Made by a program: the position numbers and the translations under genes. Of a stretch of 64,000 bases of DNA, positions 9,730-19,242 are shown in pieces. The notes beneath the pieces are model-generated. The model was given only the letters and a program-made list of their open reading frames with translations. It searched no databases and was not told the origin of the DNA. Positions within the stretch are counted from its first letter, which is position 1. The number at the start of each line of letters is the position of its first letter. The stretch lies in the NCBI GenBank assembly GCA_030765135.1, contig JAVCDC010000020.1, positions 10,916-74,915 of the forward strand, given 5' to 3'. The DNA comes from Candidatus Tritonobacter lacicola (GTDB lineage: Bacteria > Auribacterota > Tritonobacteria > Tritonobacterales > Tritonobacteraceae).

Positions 9730-11144
9730 CAGTACTGCTTCCTGAGGTTCGAGGGAAGGATCTTCAGGTTGTTCCGGTACTTCGCCACCGTCCGGCGGGC
9801 CAGCCGAATCCCCTTCCGCGCCAGAATGTCGACAATCCCCTGGTCGCTCAAGGGTTTCCTGTGGTCCTCTTTCTCTATCAGCCTCGCGATGGCATTCTTC
9901 AAGTTCCTGGATGAAACCGCCTCCCCCTCGTCGGTCATCAGGCCGGATGAGAAGAAGAACTTCAGCTCCAGCAGCCCCTGCGGGGTCTGGATGTACTTGT
10001 TGGCTATCGCCCGGCTGACGGTCGATTCGCTTATGTTCAACGAACTCGCGATATCACCCAGAGTCAGCGGGCGAAGACGTGAGATTCCATCATCGAGAAA
10101 ATCCCTCTGCTCCTGGACTATCTTTTCGGCAATGCGGTAAATCGTCTTCTGCCTCAGCGCTATGTTCTTGATAAACCACTTTCCGCCCCTCACCTTATCC
10201 TGGATATACTTCTTCGTCCCCGGGTCGAGTCGGCCGGCGGCCATCAGCCCGCGGTAGAAGCTGCTGATCCTCAAATGCGGGACCCTTTCGTCGTTGAGGA
10301 TGACATCATACCCATCGTCTGTCTTCTCCAGAAAGATGTCCGGGCTGATATAAAAAGACGGATCGCCTCCGAAGAGGCGGCCCGGCTTGGGCTCGAGGGA
10401 GGCTATGAAGTGGGCCGCCTGCTGCACCTGCGACAAAGGCCTTTTAAGGGCATGGGATATCCTCGGGTATTTCTTGCGAGCCAGCTCGTCAAGGAAATCG
10501 CGCACGATTATATGGGGCAGGGAACCCTGCTTGCCCAGGCGCATCAGCTGTATCAGGAGGCACTCCCTGAGGTCCCTCGCGCCCACGCCTACCGGATGAA
10601 AGCTCTGCACCTTTTCGAGGACTACCTGGACCTCGGACTCCGGGCAACCCGCCATGCCGGCGAGCTCTTCGACGGTGGACCTCAGGTAACCGTTGTCGTC
10701 TATATTGCCTATGATTATTTCCCCTATCATCTTTTCCTGTTCGCCAGTCGCCGTTATAGAGAGCTGGGCGAGGAGGTGGTCCTGGAGAGACTCCGGGCGG
10801 GTGATCATCGTCTCCATGAACCTCCTCTTCTCCTCGTCCTCCCGGGTGTACTTCCTGAATGACCCGCTCTGGCGGAAGTACTCCCGCCATTCGTCGTCGA
10901 GCTCGGATAAATGGGCGAACTCCTCGTCGAAATCCTTGTCCGGCGCCTCGTCGCCGTCCCCGGTCTCTCCTGCCGACTCCGTCGCCATCGTCTCCTCAAG
11001 GATAGGGTTGGCGGCCATCTCCTGGCTGACCAGCATCCTGAGGTCCATGAGGGGCATCTGCAGCATCTTGATCGCCTGCTGCATCTGTGGAGACAGTACG
11101 AGTGTCTGCGTCTGCTTGAGAATCTGTTCGAACTTAAGCGCCAT
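9729..11144 (-). CDS. rpoN: RNA polymerase sigma-54 factor
   Basis: N-terminal activator-interaction region MALKFEQILKQTQTLVLSPQMQQAIKMLQMPLMDL. Core-binding and DNA-binding regions. C-terminal RpoN box ARRTVAKYR. 471 aa. Confidence 0.92.
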   Translation of the reverse strand: MALKFEQILKQTQTLVLSPQMQQAIKMLQMPLMDLRMLVSQEMAANPILEETMATESAGETGDGDEAPDKDFDEEFAHLSELDDEWREYFRQSGSFRKYTREDEEKRRFMETMITRPESLQDHLLAQLSITATGEQEKMIGEIIIGNIDDNGYLRSTVEELAGMAGCPESEVQVVLEKVQSFHPVGVGARDLRECLLIQLMRLGKQGSLPHIIVRDFLDELARKKYPRISHALKRPLSQVQQAAHFIASLEPKPGRLFGGDPSFYISPDIFLEKTDDGYDVILNDERVPHLRISSFYRGLMAAGRLDPGTKKYIQDKVRGGKWFIKNIALRQKTIYRIAEKIVQEQRDFLDDGISRLRPLTLGDIASSLNISESTVSRAIANKYIQTPQGLLELKFFFSSGLMTDEGEAVSSRNLKNAIARLIEKEDHRKPLSDQGIVDILARKGIRLARRTVAKYRNNLKILPSNLRKQY

Positions 11145-11244
11145 CTCTTCTCCCGTGCTTTACTGTTATATTATAGCCGGGAACAAGTTGTTATGAAATA
11201 GAAATAAAGAAATAAAGTTCCTGCTTTCGCGGCTCATTCTCCAG

Positions 11245-11548
11245 TATCTCGTGAAGCGTGAAGCGAATAAAAAGATACAGGATGCAAGATGCAGGATTTA
11301 TATTTTTCGTCCCTCGTCCAGAGCTTGTCCTGACGTAGATCCTGTCGAAGATCCTGAGCTTGCCGAAGGGTGCACTTCGACTACGCTCAGTATAAACTCC
11401 GCCGCAGGAAACATTCGTCTTCTCTTTGTGCCTTCGTGTCTTGGTGGCAGCTTATTTGTATATTCTTATATTTTTCTGTTTTTTGTTTCTTGCATCTTGT
11501 TTCTATTTTTTCCGTTTCACGTTTAACGTTCAACATTTCACGTCTTCT
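11245..11548. repeat. Mosaic of short AT-rich sequence modules in the rpoN / MBL-hydrolase divergent spacer; the same modules recur in at least six other intergenic regions
   Basis: gtgaagcgtgaagcgaa (11252-11268) is the reverse complement of 37497-37513. gatacaggatgcaagatgcaggat (11275-11298) matches the reverse complement of tatcctgtatcctgcatcttg (40331-40351). ctttgtgccttcgtgtcttggtggc (11421-11445) matches the reverse complement of gccactaagacactaaggcacaaag (24916-24940). cttgtttctattttttccgtttcacgttt (11495-11523) matches 40444-40472. Confidence 0.6.
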
Positions 11549-11637
11549 CGGTTAAAGATTTCCATGTTTTCATATTTCAATACTTCACTGTATTTCCAAT
11601 CGGCTCCGTTATATAATCGCCGGGACTGGAGACACCG

Positions 11638-12498
11638 ATGAGACTGAAAATCTGTATCCTTGCCAGCGGGAGCGCGGGCAACTCGATCCATGTAGCCTCC
11701 GACACAACAGATATTCTCATCGACGCCGGCCTGAGCGGAAGACAGATAGAGGCGCGCCTGGGGACCATCGGGAAAAAGGTCGAAAACGTCGACGCCGTCC
11801 TCATCAGCCACGAGCACTCCGACCACATCAGGGGCCTCCGCTTCATCGATAAGAAGACATCCATTCCCGTTTATCTCAACAGCGCCACGTCCAGGGCCGT
11901 CAAGGACCGGGGATTCCCGCTTTCCAGGGCCAGGATATTCACGAACAACTCGCCCTTTACGCTGGGAGACATCCGGGTCACACCTTTTTCCGTCACGCAC
12001 GACGCATCCGACCCCGTCGGCTTCGCCGTCTACGCGGGGGAAGTGAAGATATCCATCGCCACCGACCTGGGCCACGCGACCCACCTGGTCAAGGATATGT
12101 TGAGGGGCTCCCACGCCATAGTCATCGAGGCGAACCACGATCCGCGGCTACTGCGGGACCACCCCAGGCCGTGGGCACTGAAACAGAGGATAAAGAGCAG
12201 GCAGGGCCACCTTTCCAACGAGTCGGCCGCAAGCCTGATAGAGGAGGTCGCCACCGAAAAACTGCAGGCCGTCTTTCTGGCCCACATATCAAGCGACTGC
12301 AACAGGCCACACATAGGCATCGAGAAAATATCCCGAAGCCTCGCCAGGCTCGGCTTCGGGGAAACGGCCGTTATAGCGACCTGCTACGAAAGGCCCACCG
12401 GTGTGTTCGAGATCTCGGCCGACAACGACGGCGGTGGTGCGCCCGCGCGCTATACGGATAAAGAGACCCTCCAGGGTACCCATATCGAAGAGGAATAG
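11638..12498 (+). CDS. MBL-fold metallo-hydrolase (YycJ/PhnP-like beta-lactamase-fold protein)
   Basis: HEHSDHIRGL (HxHxDH) zinc-binding motif; downstream His/Asp ligands (SVTHDASDP, EANHD). 286 aa. Confidence 0.75.
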   Translation: MRLKICILASGSAGNSIHVASDTTDILIDAGLSGRQIEARLGTIGKKVENVDAVLISHEHSDHIRGLRFIDKKTSIPVYLNSATSRAVKDRGFPLSRARIFTNNSPFTLGDIRVTPFSVTHDASDPVGFAVYAGEVKISIATDLGHATHLVKDMLRGSHAIVIEANHDPRLLRDHPRPWALKQRIKSRQGHLSNESAASLIEEVATEKLQAVFLAHISSDCNRPHIGIEKISRSLARLGFGETAVIATCYERPTGVFEISADNDGGGAPARYTDKETLQGTHIEEE

Positions 12499-12607
12499 AA
12501 AAAATTGTTGGACAAAATACGGGGGAATCAATTATAGTTTTTCAACGAAGTTTCCGACATATTTATAGACCGGCGTTAACCGGTAATCAACGAGGAGGAA
12601 TACCTCA

Positions 12608-14449
12608 ATGGAAGAAAAAAATCACACGGATAAGAGCGGGGCTTTAAAGGGCGAGTTCGACAGCGTGCGGGATTTTCCCGAGGAGACGCTCTGCCCAAGC
12701 TGCGGAAAGTTCGTCGGCGCCTACGAGAAATGCCCCTACTGCGGCGCGACGCTTAAAAAGAGGATGGCCCTGGCGATATTCAAGCGGGGGTGCCTCGTCA
12801 TGTCCGTCGTCGGCCTGATCGCGCTGTGGTACGCCGCCGTGATGATGGAGCCGGAGCTCATAACCATCGGCGAGATCGGCCCGACTTACAACAAGGGGAT
12901 ATTCAGGGTCAAGGGGATCGTCGACAAGGTAAAAATCAACCCCGACGCTTTCTTCAAGGTACAGTTCCACGTCGACGACGGGACGGGTAAGATCAAGCTC
13001 CAGACGGGTGACCTGGAGAAGCTCGAGCTGATGAATAAGGTTCCAAATATCGGAGACGAGGTCGAGGCGATAGGCGAGGTCTCCCTCTCCGCACAGTTCG
13101 GCACGTCAATGAACCTGAAAGCGCCCGGCAGGATGAAGATGATCAGGAAAGAGGTCCAGACCGTAAAGATAGGCGATATCGACGACGAGGACGTCGGGCA
13201 GATGTACGCGCTGCACGGCGAGGTTGTGAGCGTCAGCGAGTATCCATACGGAACGCTGGTTATGCTGGGGGACGAGACGGGCTTCCATGAAATTACCATC
13301 TCATCCTACCAGATGGAACAGCTCCCCGACGCCGAAGCGGTGATGACGCCGGGAACCGAGCTCGACATAGTCGTCCTCGTCGGCTCGTACAGGGACGCGC
13401 TGCAGATCAAGCCCCGCACGCCCCAGGATGTACAGGTGTCCGGCGAGGACACGATAGAGACCTCGAAGATACCGAAGAAAATGGTTAAGAAGGGCTATGC
13501 GAAGGCTGATATCGGCTCGCTGAAAGCGTCCGACAAGGGCAAGAAGGTGCAGGTCAAAGGTAAGATCTCGGGCGTCAAGAAGTTCAACAAGATGACCAAG
13601 ATCACACTCACCGACGGCACCGGCTCCGTGGACGTCACCCTCTGGGACAGCCAGTTCGCCGACTACCCCAACAAGGCGTCCGTCCTGAGAGAGGGGAGCG
13701 AGGTAATCGTCTTCGGCAAGGTGGACGAATACCAGGGGACCGTCCAGTTAAAGCCCGGGGACAAGAGCGACCTCGAACCGGTGAAGAAGGACGCCCCGCC
13801 AAAGAAGAAAGAGGAGAAAAAGCCTGAAGCGCCGAAGCCGGAGCCGACGAAGCCGCCGGCACCGAAGCCCGCGCCAACCAAAGCGCCGACGAAACCCGAG
13901 CCGACGAAGCCGCCGGCACCTAAGCCCGCAGCAACCAAAGCGGAGACGAAGCCCGAGCCCACAAAACCGCCGGCAGCGAAGCCGACTCCAGCTCAAACGG
14001 AGGCAAAGGTCGAACCAACTAAGGCGGCGGAGCCACCTGAGAAGAAGCCCGAGGCAACAAAGCCCCCGGCGACGAAGCCTGAAGCGACGGAGACCGAGGC
14101 TCCCACCAAGAAAAAAGAGCCCAAGGCGGAAGCGCCAAAGAAACCCTCCATCACCTTCACTCCACTGAAGATCGGGGAGATCACGATGGAAAAGGACGGG
14201 ACATTCGTTGAGATAAAGGGCGAGGTCGCCGGGTCGCGCGAGTTCTCGAAGGGCCTCAAGCTCGAGGTAAAAGACGACTCGGGAACGATAGACGTTGTCC
14301 TCTGGACCAATCTCCTGGAAAAGCTGACGGACACGGACAAGCTCACGAAGGACGGCGCAAAGCTCTCCGTCAAGGGCAAGGTAGGGTCATTCAGGGAAGA
14401 GATGCAGCTGACGCCGAAGTATCCCAACCAGATAAAGCTGTCTGATTAA
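12608..14449 (+). CDS. Membrane-anchored protein: N-terminal zinc ribbon, one TM helix, three OB-fold (tRNA_anti-codon-like) nucleic-acid-binding-type domains separated by a Pro/Lys/Thr-rich low-complexity linker
   Basis: CPSCGKF...CPYCG zinc ribbon. Hydrophobic segment LVMSVVGLIALWYAAVMM. Three repeats of the pattern G.VDV.LW...G..V...GKV..Y.G..QL. Linker KPEPTKPPAPKPAPTKAPTKPEPTKPPAPKPAATKAETKPEPTKPPAAKP. Confidence 0.55.
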   Translation: MEEKNHTDKSGALKGEFDSVRDFPEETLCPSCGKFVGAYEKCPYCGATLKKRMALAIFKRGCLVMSVVGLIALWYAAVMMEPELITIGEIGPTYNKGIFRVKGIVDKVKINPDAFFKVQFHVDDGTGKIKLQTGDLEKLELMNKVPNIGDEVEAIGEVSLSAQFGTSMNLKAPGRMKMIRKEVQTVKIGDIDDEDVGQMYALHGEVVSVSEYPYGTLVMLGDETGFHEITISSYQMEQLPDAEAVMTPGTELDIVVLVGSYRDALQIKPRTPQDVQVSGEDTIETSKIPKKMVKKGYAKADIGSLKASDKGKKVQVKGKISGVKKFNKMTKITLTDGTGSVDVTLWDSQFADYPNKASVLREGSEVIVFGKVDEYQGTVQLKPGDKSDLEPVKKDAPPKKKEEKKPEAPKPEPTKPPAPKPAPTKAPTKPEPTKPPAPKPAATKAETKPEPTKPPAAKPTPAQTEAKVEPTKAAEPPEKKPEATKPPATKPEATETEAPTKKKEPKAEAPKKPSITFTPLKIGEITMEKDGTFVEIKGEVAGSREFSKGLKLEVKDDSGTIDVVLWTNLLEKLTDTDKLTKDGAKLSVKGKVGSFREEMQLTPKYPNQIKLSD

Positions 14450-14487
14450 TAAAATTTTTCTTAGAAAAATTTTATAAGGAGAAACAA

Positions 14488-15834
14488 ATGGAAATGGCAC
14501 TTGTTATCCTGTTCTACATAATCCTCGGAACGCTGATCGGGTGCTTCTTCTCGCTCATACCCGGCCTCCACATCTACAACGTCGCGGGTATGATCATCGT
14601 CTTCTGGCTCGGCTACCAGGGCGTCATACCCGGCTACGCCATGCCGGCCTTCTTCATGTCCCTCATAGTGGCGTTCTCCATCATCAACACTGTCCCATCG
14701 ATGTTCCTGGGAGCACCGGACGAGTCTGCCGTCTTCGTTATGCTGCCGGGCCAGAAATACATGATGGACGGGCGGGGCTTCGAGGCGGCGGCGCTGACCG
14801 GCGTCGGCGGCCTGACAGGCATTACCGTGCTCGTCCTCATGACCCCCTTCCTGTACAATGTTCTCCCCTCCGTCAATAAGCTCATCGGCGGGATGCGCTC
14901 CTACTGGATCATGGCCCTGGTCATCACCTACATGCTCATGAGCGAGTGGCCAAAGGGGACGGGTATGGGCAAGAAGACGGTCCTCGGCAAGATATGGAAC
15001 GCGTGGCAGAACCTCGCGGCCGGCATCTTCACATTCATCCTCTCGGCCATCCTGGGCTTCATCGTCCTCAACAGGACATTCGTCCCAAAGGAGGTCGCCT
15101 TCCAGAACATCATGCCGGCCTTCGTGGGCCTATTCGCCGTCTCAAGCATAATCTCGTGCCTGATATCGAAGCAGGACATCCCGAAGCAGCACATCGGCAA
15201 ATCCATAGACCTCGACCCCAAGCTGATGGGCCTGGGGACATTCTCCGGCGTGCTGGGAGGCGGCATAGCCGCCTTCTTCCCGGGCGTAACCGGGGGAATA
15301 GGCGGCCTCCTGGCGGGGCACGCGACCGCCCAAAGAGACGACAGGCTCTTCGTCATCTCCCAGGGGGTATCCAAGTCCGTCTATTACATCGGGGCTTTCA
15401 TGCTCTTCTTCGTCCTGGCCTTCGGGGCGCACGGGACCGGACCCCTGCGACGCGGGGGGATGGCCATGATTCTCACGCCCATCGTCCAGCCCATGTCCGG
15501 CCAGGACTACGTCATCATCGTGGCAACGGTCCTTATCGGCGGGGCACTCTCATTCTTCTTCCTTCTGTGGTCCTCCAGGTGGATAATCTGGCTCATATCG
15601 AAGATCGACTACAGGATCATAAACTGGGTATCCTTGGTCCTCATCCTGGCCATCGTTATCGGTTTCACCGGCATGTGGGGCCTCTTCCTGATGGCCGTCG
15701 CGACGTTCATCGGTCTGATCCCTATCATGTTCGGCTGCAGGAGGAGCAACTGCATGAGCATCCTTCTCGTCCCAATCTGCCTGAGCATGGCGGGGGTGGG
15801 CGATACAATAGTCAAGTTCATGGGACTTTCTTGA
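14488..15834 (+). CDS. TctA-family (DUF112) membrane permease-like protein
   Basis: Polytopic membrane protein of 448 aa. Contains the two signature G-x3-G-x2-PG motifs of TctA/DUF112 (GTLIGCFFSLIPGL and GVLGGGIAAFFPGVTGG). Confidence 0.6.
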   Translation: MEMALVILFYIILGTLIGCFFSLIPGLHIYNVAGMIIVFWLGYQGVIPGYAMPAFFMSLIVAFSIINTVPSMFLGAPDESAVFVMLPGQKYMMDGRGFEAAALTGVGGLTGITVLVLMTPFLYNVLPSVNKLIGGMRSYWIMALVITYMLMSEWPKGTGMGKKTVLGKIWNAWQNLAAGIFTFILSAILGFIVLNRTFVPKEVAFQNIMPAFVGLFAVSSIISCLISKQDIPKQHIGKSIDLDPKLMGLGTFSGVLGGGIAAFFPGVTGGIGGLLAGHATAQRDDRLFVISQGVSKSVYYIGAFMLFFVLAFGAHGTGPLRRGGMAMILTPIVQPMSGQDYVIIVATVLIGGALSFFFLLWSSRWIIWLISKIDYRIINWVSLVLILAIVIGFTGMWGLFLMAVATFIGLIPIMFGCRRSNCMSILLVPICLSMAGVGDTIVKFMGLS

Positions 15835-15847
15835 GGGGAGAGATAGT

Positions 15848-16924
15848 ATGAAAGGATTGACGCATTTCATGAGCGGGGTGGCCCTCTCGACGTTTCTCCA
15901 GGCGCCCGTCAGCATGTGCTGGGAGGAGAGGTCTTTCATCCTCGTCCTGGGCGGGCTGTTCGGCATCATGCCCGACACGCTCGATTTCAAGGTCGGGCAA
16001 TTCTTCTCGAAGGTAGATATCGAGGTTGAATGCGACCCGAACGAGCCGGACCCCCAGAAGATGGCCGAGCAGATCGGCATGGCCATGGAAAAGGCCTACG
16101 AAACGGGCAAGCTGGTCAAGTGCCAGCTCTACCCGATGAGGCTGGGAGTCGACCTTTGGCGGCAGTACGTCATCAAGTTCGACGGCGAGACCAACGAAGT
16201 CGTCGTAATCATAAACGAAATCGTCACCACCTCCCAGAAACCCTACGCCGGCACGGCGCCGAAGGAGAACAGGATCGGCAAGTACAGGGTTAAGTGTAAG
16301 ATGCTCGAGACCCACGGCAGGCCATCCGTGGTCGACATCATGAGCGGCCCGCAGTATGGCTTCAAGAGGGCCGGCGACAGGGTCGAGGTCGAGTTCCTCC
16401 CATGGCACAGGACCTGGAGCCACAGCTACGTCCTGGGCTTCATCCTGGCCCTCCCCGTCTGGCTCATAGCCTCGCTCGTTACGAGCTGGTCTATCGGCTG
16501 GCTTTACGGCCTCGTGGCCTTCCTCGGTTTCGCCATACACATCACCGAGGACCTCACCGGCCACATGGGAGGTTCGCTCCTCTGGCCGTTCCTGAAGGAG
16601 CGGACGAACGGTCTCTGTCTCTTCAAGGCGAGCAACCCTCACGCCAACTTCTCGATCGATTACGCGAGCCTCTGCATCATCGTCTGGAACATCAACAGGC
16701 TGGGCCCCCCGCACCGCGTCTTCCACCTCCCGGCGCCGTTTTACTTCTTCGCTACGCTCATCATCCCGCTCGGGATCTATTTCAGCATCGCCAAGGTGTT
16801 CGGCAAGAAGGGGAAGAAGCAGAAGGTGGGGGTGATCAGCGCCGAGGACGCCCTCGCCGCCGACGCCGCCGCCAAGAACGAGGAGATGAGGTACGAGCTC
16901 GATGACATCGCCGTCAGCGACTGA
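15848..16924 (+). CDS. Membrane-bound metal-dependent hydrolase-like protein (DUF457/YdjM-like N-terminus) with a large inserted soluble domain
   Basis: The N-terminal sequence MKGLTHFMSGVALSTF is typical of DUF457, and the C-terminal TM segments carry a HITED motif. A roughly 150-aa hydrophilic insertion lies between the membrane segments. Confidence 0.4.
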   Translation: MKGLTHFMSGVALSTFLQAPVSMCWEERSFILVLGGLFGIMPDTLDFKVGQFFSKVDIEVECDPNEPDPQKMAEQIGMAMEKAYETGKLVKCQLYPMRLGVDLWRQYVIKFDGETNEVVVIINEIVTTSQKPYAGTAPKENRIGKYRVKCKMLETHGRPSVVDIMSGPQYGFKRAGDRVEVEFLPWHRTWSHSYVLGFILALPVWLIASLVTSWSIGWLYGLVAFLGFAIHITEDLTGHMGGSLLWPFLKERTNGLCLFKASNPHANFSIDYASLCIIVWNINRLGPPHRVFHLPAPFYFFATLIIPLGIYFSIAKVFGKKGKKQKVGVISAEDALAADAAAKNEEMRYELDDIAVSD

Positions 16925-16956
16925 TAATATAATCCGGCCTTCGGCCGGATTATATA

Positions 16957-17619
16957 TTAAAAGAGCCTTCTAGCGTAAGCGGGCTTGCCGGCGTAGAAAT
17001 CAAGTGGGTTCAGGGCCCCTCCCCCGTAGCCGTAGTTCCCCTCCGCGATAGCCTTCAGCGTAGTCACCGTCTTCGGCGAGATCGAGTCGACGATCCGAAT
17101 GCCGAGATAATCCAGCATCCACGAAGGGGCGTGTATCACCTCGAAGTGGAGCATGTCCCGTATCCCCGTCGGAAGGCCCTCGGCGTTACCCGTGTGGCCG
17201 ATCCTGCCGATCACGTCACAGGCCTTCACGTACTCCCCGACCCGGAGAGGCGGTTTCGCGTCCAGGTGGGCGTACAGGGTGTAATAGTCGTTCAGGTGAT
17301 CGATGATGAGGGTGAAGCCGTAGCCCTCCGTCAGCGTGCCGTTCATCTCGTTATAAACGACGATGCCCGGGCTGACGGCCCTGACAGGTGTCCCCCTCCG
17401 GGCAAGGAGGTCTATACCCTGGTGTTTCTTCTCCCCCCCCCTCCGTGGCGCGCCGAACTCGCCCTCCGGCCGCCTGACCGGCCCGTCAACGGGCAGCCTG
17501 GAGAAGCGTATAACCGGAAGAGTACTCCTCTTTGCCGGTTCAACGCCGTCCCTGCCGCAGCCTGCAAGGGTAAAGATAAAAAATAATAATAAAGCGGTGA
17601 AATACATAAAATTTTTCAA
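16957..17619 (-). CDS. M23-family metallopeptidase (lysostaphin/LytM-like) with lipoprotein signal peptide
   Basis: Signal peptide with lipobox LAGC. M23 zinc-ligand motifs HQGIDL and TLYAHLDA, plus GHTGNAEG...HFEV. Confidence 0.85.
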   Translation of the reverse strand: MKNFMYFTALLLFFIFTLAGCGRDGVEPAKRSTLPVIRFSRLPVDGPVRRPEGEFGAPRRGGEKKHQGIDLLARRGTPVRAVSPGIVVYNEMNGTLTEGYGFTLIIDHLNDYYTLYAHLDAKPPLRVGEYVKACDVIGRIGHTGNAEGLPTGIRDMLHFEVIHAPSWMLDYLGIRIVDSISPKTVTTLKAIAEGNYGYGGGALNPLDFYAGKPAYARRLF

Positions 17620-17628
17620 AGAAAAATT

Positions 17629-17868
17629 TTATTTAGAGAGGAATTTAACAAGCTCGACTATGATTTCGTCGACGAGGTCTGCTATGATTTTGACCTTCCG
17701 CGCCCTGAGCCACTTATTCCCCCGCGGGCTCAGGCAGAGGACGGAGGCGGGGAGCCTTCCCAGGTCGGAGGACTTGTGCCCCCTGAACGATTTGCGCCGG
17801 GAATCGCCGAACGGAAACTCCGATTGTGAATACCTCTTTTTCCCCGGAGTCTTGCTCTTAGCACTCAT
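17629..17868 (-). CDS. Small basic hypothetical protein (79 aa) immediately upstream of the M23 peptidase gene on the same strand
   Basis: ORF only; 9-nt gap to the next gene on the same strand. No recognisable domain. Confidence 0.3.
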   Translation of the reverse strand: MSAKSKTPGKKRYSQSEFPFGDSRRKSFRGHKSSDLGRLPASVLCLSPRGNKWLRARKVKIIADLVDEIIVELVKFLSK

Positions 17869-18153
17869 GATTAAGCCCCGATTATAAACAGCTCCCTATC
17901 TTCATGTAAAACAATTTAACAAGCCGTTAACAATCAGTTATCAAATAAGCGAGGAAGCCGGGGCTCTGTGCCGGCTCCAGCACGCACCGGCACCGTAAGG
18001 CCGCCGCATAAAGATCGCCGGGCGAGTTGGACGCGCCCGCGCCTCACTCCGGCATTTCACGGTCTTCTCCGCATCTTTGCCGACAGCTTGATGGCAACGG
18101 GAGTATAAAATCAGTTAAAATGTTAGAGTACCTTAAATTCCTCTATTTTTTTA

Positions 18154-18183
18154 TTGACCCGCTGCAGCAGTCTGCCCTATAGT
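18154..18183 (+). promoter_or_regulatory. Sigma-70-like promoter upstream of the BMC operon (TTGACC - 18 nt - TATAGT)
   Basis: TTGACC at 18154-18159 and TATAGT at 18178-18183. An RBS-like aaaggagc lies 7-14 nt before the ATG at 18216. Confidence 0.4.
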
Positions 18184-18215
18184 CATGGCTTATCAATAGG
18201 AAAGGAGCATGGCTT

Positions 18216-18848
18216 ATGGTGCAGCTTAGAACCTATATAGTTTTGGATAGTCTACAGCTCCAGCTCGCCTCCTACGTCGCCTCATCCGCCAAGGGCTTCA
18301 TGCCCGTTTCCGGCATGGCGGCGCTTTACGTGGAGGTGGCCCCGGGGATGGAGATCAACCGCGTCATGGACGTGGCGCTCAAGTCAACGGACGTCAGGCC
18401 CGCTGTCATGCTGGTGGAGAGGGCCTACGGCCTCCTGGAGGTCCACTCGTGGGACCAGGGCGCCGTGAGGCAGGCGGGAGCCGCCATTCTCGACGCCCTG
18501 GGGTTGCAGGAATCGGACAGGCTGAAGCCGCAGGTCGTGGCCACGCAGATCATACGGAAGATCGACGCCCACCAGTCGCAGCTAATCAACAGGAACAGGA
18601 AAGGCTCCATGCTGCTTGCCGACCAGACGCTCTTCATCCTGGAGACCGACCCGGCCGGCTACGCGGTCCTGGCCGCCAACGAGGCGGAGAAGGCAGCGAA
18701 CATCACGCTCGTAGAGGTGCGCCCCTTCGGTCGGTTCGGCAGGCTGTACCTGGGCGGAGAGGAGCGCGACATCATGGTCGGCAGCGAGGCGGCGCTTGCG
18801 GCGATAGAATCGGTGAGCGGCAAGCCAGCGCCGAAAAAGGGAGAATAA
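18216..18848 (+). CDS. Tandem-BMC-domain shell protein (BMC-T)
   Basis: Two consecutive halves each resemble the core BMC fold. Half 1: [18 protein letters not shown]...[14 protein letters not shown]. Half 2: [15 protein letters not shown]...[24 protein letters not shown]. Compare the BMC-H consensus [42 protein letters not shown]. Confidence 0.65.
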   Translation: MVQLRTYIVLDSLQLQLASYVASSAKGFMPVSGMAALYVEVAPGMEINRVMDVALKSTDVRPAVMLVERAYGLLEVHSWDQGAVRQAGAAILDALGLQESDRLKPQVVATQIIRKIDAHQSQLINRNRKGSMLLADQTLFILETDPAGYAVLAANEAEKAANITLVEVRPFGRFGRLYLGGEERDIMVGSEAALAAIESVSGKPAPKKGE

Positions 18849-18886
18849 ACCGGTAACAAGTCACATACCAGAAGGAGGATAGGGTT

Positions 18887-19177
18887 ATGGCCGAAGCATT
18901 AGGCATGATAGAGACAAGAGGTTTCGCAGCAATGGTCGAGGCATCCGACGCCATGGTAAAGTCTGCCAAAGTCGAGCTCGTGAGTTACGAGAAGATCGGC
19001 GGCGGCTTTGTCACCGCGATAGTCCGCGGCGACGTCGCGGCGGTCAAGGCGGCGGTGGAAGCGGGCGCGCGCGGCGCCGAGAAGGTCGGCGAGCTGGTCA
19101 GCGTCCACGTCATACCGAGGCCGCACGTCAACGTAGACCAGGCGCTGCCGCTGGGCCGCCAGGGCAAAAGCAAATAG
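18887..19177 (+). CDS. BMC-H hexameric shell protein (PduA/EutM/CcmK family)
   Basis: [58 protein letters not shown]...VHVIPRPH is near-canonical Pfam PF00936. 96 aa. Confidence 0.93.
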   Translation: MAEALGMIETRGFAAMVEASDAMVKSAKVELVSYEKIGGGFVTAIVRGDVAAVKAAVEAGARGAEKVGELVSVHVIPRPHVNVDQALPLGRQGKSK

Positions 19178-19242
19178 TCCGGGCCACGGAAAGCAAGAGG
19201 TAGAGGGGGCGCCCCGCGCCCCCGCAACCCGGAGAAGAGACA

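Noticed and set aside
17869-18215. Possible riboswitch (for example a cobalamin riboswitch) in the GC-rich leader upstream of the BMC operon
   Set aside because: No recognisable B12-box or other conserved riboswitch core could be identified by eye. This is left as an unstructured observation only.
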